Assembly: GCA_964036045.1 (NCBI GenBank)
Contig: OZ038378.1
Span: 141,112,001 to 141,176,000, forward strand
Direction of reading: 5' to 3'
Source of the DNA: Eutreptiella sp. 'Long Island Sound 2002'
Lineage: Eukaryota; Protista; Euglenida
DNA: 64,000 nt
Shown here piece by piece: positions 58,224-64,000 of the stretch. Every line of letters starts with the position of its first letter. Position 1 is the first letter of the stretch. Below the pieces are notes generated by a model. That model saw only the letters and a program-made list of their open reading frames with translations. It made no database searches and had not been told where the DNA came from. The translations under genes and the position numbers were made by a program.

Positions 58224-58844
58224 CAGGGATGCATTGGAAGGGGGGAGGCATTCGCCTTTTCAAGTCCTGGACGCTAGTGCGATTGAGGGGATCAGGGGGT
58301 TAGCGGGTGAGAGCTCATCTATATACAGCTGTATACAGATATATAAGGCCCTTACCCCCCCCGCCCCCCCAGCGTATCGCGGCGCGACGGAAGGACCCGG
58401 GCCTCCGTCCTATGTGGGATCCTCCGAGGAGCGACCCTGCCCAGACCTCGGGCTGTGCGCTCCCCCATCCGCGCCCGCAGGTGCAGGTGCGGCTGTGGGG
58501 GGTTGGGCGTCCCCCCCTCCCGATGACTGCACTTGCCGAGTGAAGCCAAGGCTCAAGAGCGCCCCCCCGCGGGGCGGCAAACGGGCTGCCGCACCCCTGC
58601 GCTGCGAGGGGCGCCCCTGACGGTCTGCCCCACGCGCTGCCCTGCCCCCCCGAGTCGCACTGGAAGGGGGGAGGGGACCCCCCTCCAGGGCGGCAGCCTA
58701 TGCCCAGCCACTGTTTCTCTGACGGCAAGTGCCAGCCTCAATGGCATTTGTAACCGACAGTAACCGCCCCCAACCGCTTCGGCAACCTCCTCCAACCGCC
58801 TGTCTCACCGCTCCTGAGGTGCCTTCCCTTCTAATGCATCCCTG
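58224..58844. mobile_element. MITE-like element with 19 bp terminal inverted repeats
   Basis: The left end CAGGGATGCATTGGAAGGG matches the reverse complement of the right end, CAGGGATGCATTAGAAGGG, at 18/19 positions. No coding capacity was recognised. Confidence 0.8.
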
Positions 58845-59539
58845 TCTCCCCACTGCCCCCCCTGACTGAGCCAAACGACACGTGCCTCAGCACACCATTG
58901 CGGACGTGCACATCATCCGAAATGCTCCGCCAATAGCGTGAGGGCACACGCAACGAGTGACGGCAGAAACTGATGCCCGCCTTCTGCAAACATTGCCGTC
59001 ATTGCCACCCGCCCGTCGCCTGCCAGCCCGATGTATGCGCTGGGGTGGGTCGCGCGGTGGTGCCTGGCACTGCATGACCACGACCTGTGGGCCACCCCAG
59101 GGCTCTTACGTTCTACGCCCGCCCGCGCGCCCGCGGCTGAAATCCGGGTGGACCCCATTGGGGCTCTGAGCCCCTCGAGACGCACAGAACTGAATGCCCA
59201 ACAACGATGTCGCCACCGACCAGTGCCCGTCTGGTGCCAGGGATGCCAGGGAGGAGCACCGCACACAGCACGGCACTCAGCACAGCCCCCGGGAAGCGCT
59301 GCAGCCCCCCCCCCCCTTTATTGGGAGGCCGGCTGGCCCCCGTGTCGCCGCCAGGTCGCCGACCAACCCCGAGCCCTTGGCCTGGGGACCATGAGGGATG
59401 CGCCTCCGGGCACTTCCCAATACCGCAGGGCACACCGGACCGGACCAGACCCCTTCTGCAAACGGTTCCCCTCCCTCGGACCACCGCCCCCCCTCCCTTT
59501 GCGGGGGGCGACCAGCACCGGCACGTCCCACGGCAATAC

Positions 59540-59837
59540 CGTAGGTGTAGGAGAGGATGTCGCCGCCCTGCAGCCCCACGAACAAGTGCTCCTTGTCTTT
59601 GAGCTGGAGGCCCGCGATGCAACTGGGGTAGTCCGTCAGCTCCGGCACGTGCAGGCAGTCCGCGCGGTGCTGCCTCACGGACCGCGTCCCGCGGTCGTTG
59701 GTGATGTACACGGGGATGCGGCTGTCGGCATACGCGAACTTCTCGTCCCCGGGCTTGTCCTTGGGCTTGTCGTGGGCGGCGGGCCGCACCGCGCCGCTTT
59801 GGCCCTGGTATCTCCGCAGCAGCTGGAAGGAGGGGAC
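59540..59837 (-). CDS. WD40 protein exon 2
   Basis: cag|VPSFQLLRRYQG...HLFVGLQGGDILSYTY(G)|gtattg. 298 bp, phase 0-1. An alternative phase-0 donor lies 8 nt downstream. Confidence 0.85.
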
Positions 59838-61328
59838 CTGCGTGCCAGAGGGAGGGGGGTCAGGGACCCGGTGCAGGGCATCGCGTGGCTCCTCATGTTG
59901 TGTGTGGGGGCCGGGGGGTTTGGCACAAGGCCTCGGTATTCGGCAGTTTGCCTTTGGTGGCGCTTCTTGGCCTCTCGCCACTGCCCATTCTGACCCTCTG
60001 TGGGTCCGAACGTGTTTTGGTGGTGTCAACGGAGCCCCCGGATGACTTGTCCTGTTTGACTACTCTGGGGGTCGGCCGTCCCGGAGACGGGGCTGTTGCC
60101 CGTGCCGTTGACCCGGTGCATCCAGAGGCACACTCCGAGTCCATGCGGGGGTTTGCCGACCCCAGCACTGACTTGTGCGCGCTGGGGGTGTGCATCTGCG
60201 GGATAACTTTCCTGACAGGGGCTTCTAACAACCACAACGATGGGGGGGGGTGGGGGGTTTTGGCATGACGCCATGGTGTGATGATCTCGTCTGCAGCTGG
60301 CGGCGCCTACTGGCCGATCGCCATTCGCTGCCCTTCCCTTGGACCCTTTCCCTCCATAGGCGGTGGTGCCCATCAGCTTCTCACCACCCTTTGACCTTCC
60401 TCTTCCTCCTTGCCCTAACCTTCCCTCTCCCCTCCCCTTTCCCTTCCCTTGGCCTTTCCCTCTGTAGGCCACCGTGCCCATCGGCCTCACCACACTCCTT
60501 CCCTTCCCTTTCCCTTGGTCGGTTGTGCCAACGGAGCCCCCGGACTTACCCTGTTTCACTTCTCTGCGTCGAGTCCACGCAGAGGAAGGCAAATGCCTTC
60601 GCCTTTGGCCAGGTGCGTCCAAGCGGCCATCCCAAGCCGGCGGTGAGGTACCTCTCCCCAACGGCGGCTGGTGGGCCCTGGGATGGCCACTTGCGGGGTC
60701 GTTTCCCCGACGGGGGCACATAACAACCTTTCTCCTCCAAGTTCCCGCGCTCAGTCCATCCTTTGGCGAGCGCAACACAAACCCCCTACCCTCTCCTTCA
60801 TGCCTTTGCTGCGCGGACGGGGGTTGTGGGGGATGCGTGGGTGCACGGGGGAGTAGGATGTAGCGGGTGACGTGGGGTGGGCCTCTTACCGTCGCTGGCC
60901 GCCCACTTCGTTGCGCGACTCCCCGGACCACCTCAACATAGGAGCGAGTTGTTGTTGGGTTGACGGTGGTGTCCCGTGTTGGGTGGAGGTGCGTAGGGCC
61001 CCTTGCTGGCCCCCTTCTCCCGGCTTGGTCCGGGCGCTTGACGACGTGGTGCGTCCCTTTTCTGGTTGAGTTGCTACGCGAGGGAAGGAGTCTCTCCCCT
61101 GCTCGCTTCTCAGTGCCAGCACGCTGGGACTTACTGCCGTGGTCACTCCCTTGAGAGCGCGGCCCCCGGTGGGCTTGCGTTGCCACATCGGGCATCTCGC
61201 TGAGGCCCCATTGGACCCCCCGAGAAGAACTCGGTGCACGTGTAGAGTTCATTGTTTTGTTGTGGTTGGTGTTGGTCACCACCCTGGCTAAAAAAGTGCG
61301 GGGGTTGCCTTCCCCCTGCCTGTTGTTT

Positions 61329-61438
61329 GGCCTTGCCCCCTACTCCGCCGGCGAGAAAGCTCGCTGCGCGTTGTGGTAGCCGGGGCCTTGCCCCCTACTC
61401 CGCCGGCGAGAAAGCTCGCTGCGCGTTGTGGTAGCCGG
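61329..61438. repeat. Two tandem copies of a ~55 bp unit
   Basis: GGCCTTGCCCCCTACTCCGCCGGCGAGAAAGCTCGCTGCGCGTTGTGGTAGCCGG occurs twice in direct succession. Confidence 0.9.
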
Positions 61439-63261
61439 GGCGCATCCAATGGAGACTGCGGCGCCTTCTCCATTGGGCATGGGTCCAGAGGCCCGTCCAC
61501 GGCCGTACCTCAGACCACATCGTTGTGCCTTGTTGCTGTATCACTGGGGGCCGCGGCTCCCCAGTGTGAGTCTCGGTGGCTGGAGGATCTTCTCCTCCCC
61601 AGCAGAGCCATGTTGATGGTGTGCGACTCTCCTTTCCATCAGGCTTTTTGCTTTCATTGTTCTTCTTTCTCCTCCCGGCGCCGGGTTGCCCGTCCCTTGG
61701 GTTCCTGGGTCGTTTGGCGCCCGGTCTCAGTCCCTCTTGCTTCAAGGCCTAGGCCATACCATGGTGCGTTCCGGGTCGCGCCTTTGTGCTCGGCACTGCG
61801 CTGATCAATTTGCACCCCGTCACCTTGACGCCGTCGGAACTGTGGGACCGTGCGCTTCCACGACCTCTTGTCACCCGCGGGTGGGGCTTGTCGGCTTCTC
61901 ACTTGGCTTCCATCTTCTACTCCTTGTACAGCCGGATGCCTACTTGCTCGGCAATCACGTTTGCCCTGTGCAAGTTTTGCATCAACCTGGTTGTGTCCTC
62001 CACTGTGAAGTTGATGCCCTCCCCGATGATGAACACCTCCGGCTCCCAACGTCTCACCTCCGGCACCCATACCGTTGAGGCTAGCACTCGCACTTTGTAC
62101 ACCTGGTCTGGTGCCAATAAGTACATGTTGCTTCCTGCCTCGGGGTAGTCGGAGAACCACCCTCTCCTCCTTTTCTCAGCGAGGATCCGGTCCGCTTGGA
62201 TGGCACGGACGTGGTGCGTGTGCCACCGGAACTTCTCATGGAACAAGAGGCGGCGGGTCCGTTGCGGTCCCGACCCCGGTGGCGGTGCGCCCTTCGGTGT
62301 ACCCTCACCGTGGCTAGCCCCCATTCCACTCGCATGTTCGGAACGACCGGGCCTTTTGCTTCCCCACAAGAAAGACCAAAAACCCTCTCCATCGCCCTCC
62401 GTTTCTGGGTTTTTGGCACTTGGTGGCGCTTCCTCCGGGGCTGTTTGCCCCGCCGAACTTGTGCTGTTGCAGAAATTGGGGGGTGGGGGGGGGTGGGGGG
62501 GTGGGCACAGAGCAAAGCAGAGCTGCACACACACGGCGGCGGCGCACGCCTGACAACACCCGGGGGACGGGGAGCGTGGGTTGCAGGCCCCCCCAAAAGG
62601 GGGCCTCCCCCGGTCGTGCGTCCTGTAGCGCTCGAGGGGACCGGGAGGCGCCGGCAGTAAAACGGCATGAAAGGCCCCGCTGCTTCGCGTCCGCCTGCGC
62701 ACTGCCTACCCCCCTCTGTGGGGGGCGGGGGGGGGGGGGGCGGGGGTGCCCCATTTCCATCAAACGTCAGGCAGCCCAAAAGGGTCTGGGAGGGCCTCGG
62801 CACGGGGGCCCGTGCGGTTACGCCAACATACGTCACCTCAAAACGATCCACAGGACGCGCCGATCGCTTGAAGGGGGGGCTGGGGGACCCCCCCCCCCCG
62901 ACACTACGGCCCTGACTCTACCCCAAAGGCATTCCCCTACCCCAACACCATCCCCATCCGCATTTCCAACCGTCAGTAACCGCCCCCCAACCGCTTTTAT
63001 ATCCCCCTGTCGCCACTCTGCACTCGCCCTGGAATTGCCCTGATTGCCCCTCTCCCCTTCACACAAAGCCCCGCCCCCCGCCCACCTCCTTTTGGGGCTC
63101 CACCCCCCCCCCCCCGCGAGGCATCGGCTGCGGAGCAACAACAGTCAGAACGAAAAGCCCTTCAGTGACACTGCCAGACGCGCCTTGCGCAGAAAAAACC
63201 AACAAGTAGACACTCAGCAAGGCCTCCCCCTCCACCGCCCCCCCCCCTCTCTGCGCTGCTG

Positions 63262-63500
63262 CCGTGCAAAAACGCATTTTTCCAAAAGTGCTCCCGGACC
63301 ATTTGGGATGGGATGCTCAAACAAGTTTTTTTAGCCCGTTTTGAGCCCGAGGTCACGCGGTTTGGCCCATGGAAAATGCCAAAATGCCTTGAAAATGGTC
63401 CGTTTTTTGGACCAAACATGGGTCAAAAATGGTGAAAAATGTGTTTTCAAAAAGTGATCCTGCACCGTTCGGGAAGCTCAAACAAGTGTTTTTAGTCCTT
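63262..63500 (+). repeat. Intronic member of the 8750-9050 dispersed repeat family
   Basis: AAAACGCATTTTTCCAAAAG..GGACCATTTGGG..TTTTGAGCCC and CATGGGTCAAAAATGG are shared with 8750-9050. Confidence 0.75.
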
Positions 63501-63539
63501 CGCACTCCGACCCCCTCCACCCCCGCGGGGGGAGCACAC

Positions 63540-63731
63540 CTCGTACACATTGATGACCCGGTCCATCGAGGCCACGGCCAAGGCATTGCCCTTGTTGAGC
63601 CAGCACATGCCGGCGATGACGGACCGGCCGTTCTCCACGGTCTTCCAGTGGGCCGTCGACTCGCCCTTCCACGTCTTCACGCACCCGTCCGACGCGGCGG
63701 TGCAGTAGAAGTCGTCATCGTGACGCAGCAC
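63540..63731 (-). CDS. WD40-repeat protein (WDR49/WDR64-like by motif impression), first exon in window
   Basis: cag|VLRHDDDFYCTAASDGCVKTWK...ALAVASMDRVINVYE|gtgtgc. 192 bp, phase 0-0. The gene continues 5' beyond the window. Confidence 0.9.
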
Positions 63732-64000
63732 CTGCGGGAGAGGGCAGGGGGAGGGGGCCCGGGGGGAACAAGGGGGAGGTAGCGGGGGAATGCGGGCCCG
63801 CCCAGTGACGCCCTGTCGATGGCCAGGCCACTGGAGCAGGGCATTGCTCAGCCCCACAAAGCCCAGCGGGTCATCGGGGATGCGACCCACCATTACGCTA
63901 TTGCCGGGGAGGGGGGCGTTGTGCGGGGATTGTTTCGCCGGGGACGTTCCGTAGGGGGAACATTCCACCGCCCTTGGGAAACCCAAAGCGCCACCCGCAC

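Noticed and set aside
55723-58263. MDAPPCPWTHP / GCVHGHGG repeat ORFs, superficially metal-binding
   Set aside because: Translation of the 20 bp minisatellite, which is open in several frames on both strands and lies between canonical splice sites.

Overview
Repeat-dominated eukaryotic genomic DNA with one host gene. Canonical GT-AG introns, GC3-rich exons and the WD40 family suggest a flagellate protist, possibly a euglenid; this is an impression, not verified. Layout: (1) 1-7548 is a ~3.9 kb tandem duplication of a patchwork of decayed elements: a non-LTR RT on +, a Ulp1-like protease remnant on -, and a RAG1/Transib-like C-terminal fragment on +. (2) 10313-10985 is a decayed IS5/Harbinger/ISL2EU-type transposase with a C-terminal AN1-like Zn finger. 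(3) ~10985-42620 is a ~24 kb satellite of ~53 bp hairpin-rich monomers with 2912 bp and 339 bp higher-order repeats. It is split inside one monomer by a 7.8 kb composite insert (16169-23985) holding retroelement-like sequence, a CCHC gag fragment and a partly duplicated segment with a PhyH-like 2OG-Fe(II) dioxygenase directly upstream of a RAG1/Transib-like DDE transposase. (4) 42625-46768 holds pentamer microsatellites. (5) 46812-63731 holds ten exons (~850 codons) of a minus-strand WD40 protein gene whose introns carry a 20 bp minisatellite, a MITE and other TE debris. The best candidate for a new system is the dioxygenase-carrying RAG1/Transib-like transposon. All protein family calls are motif recognition by eye and need HMM confirmation. 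Most long ORFs in the supplied track are repeat artefacts.
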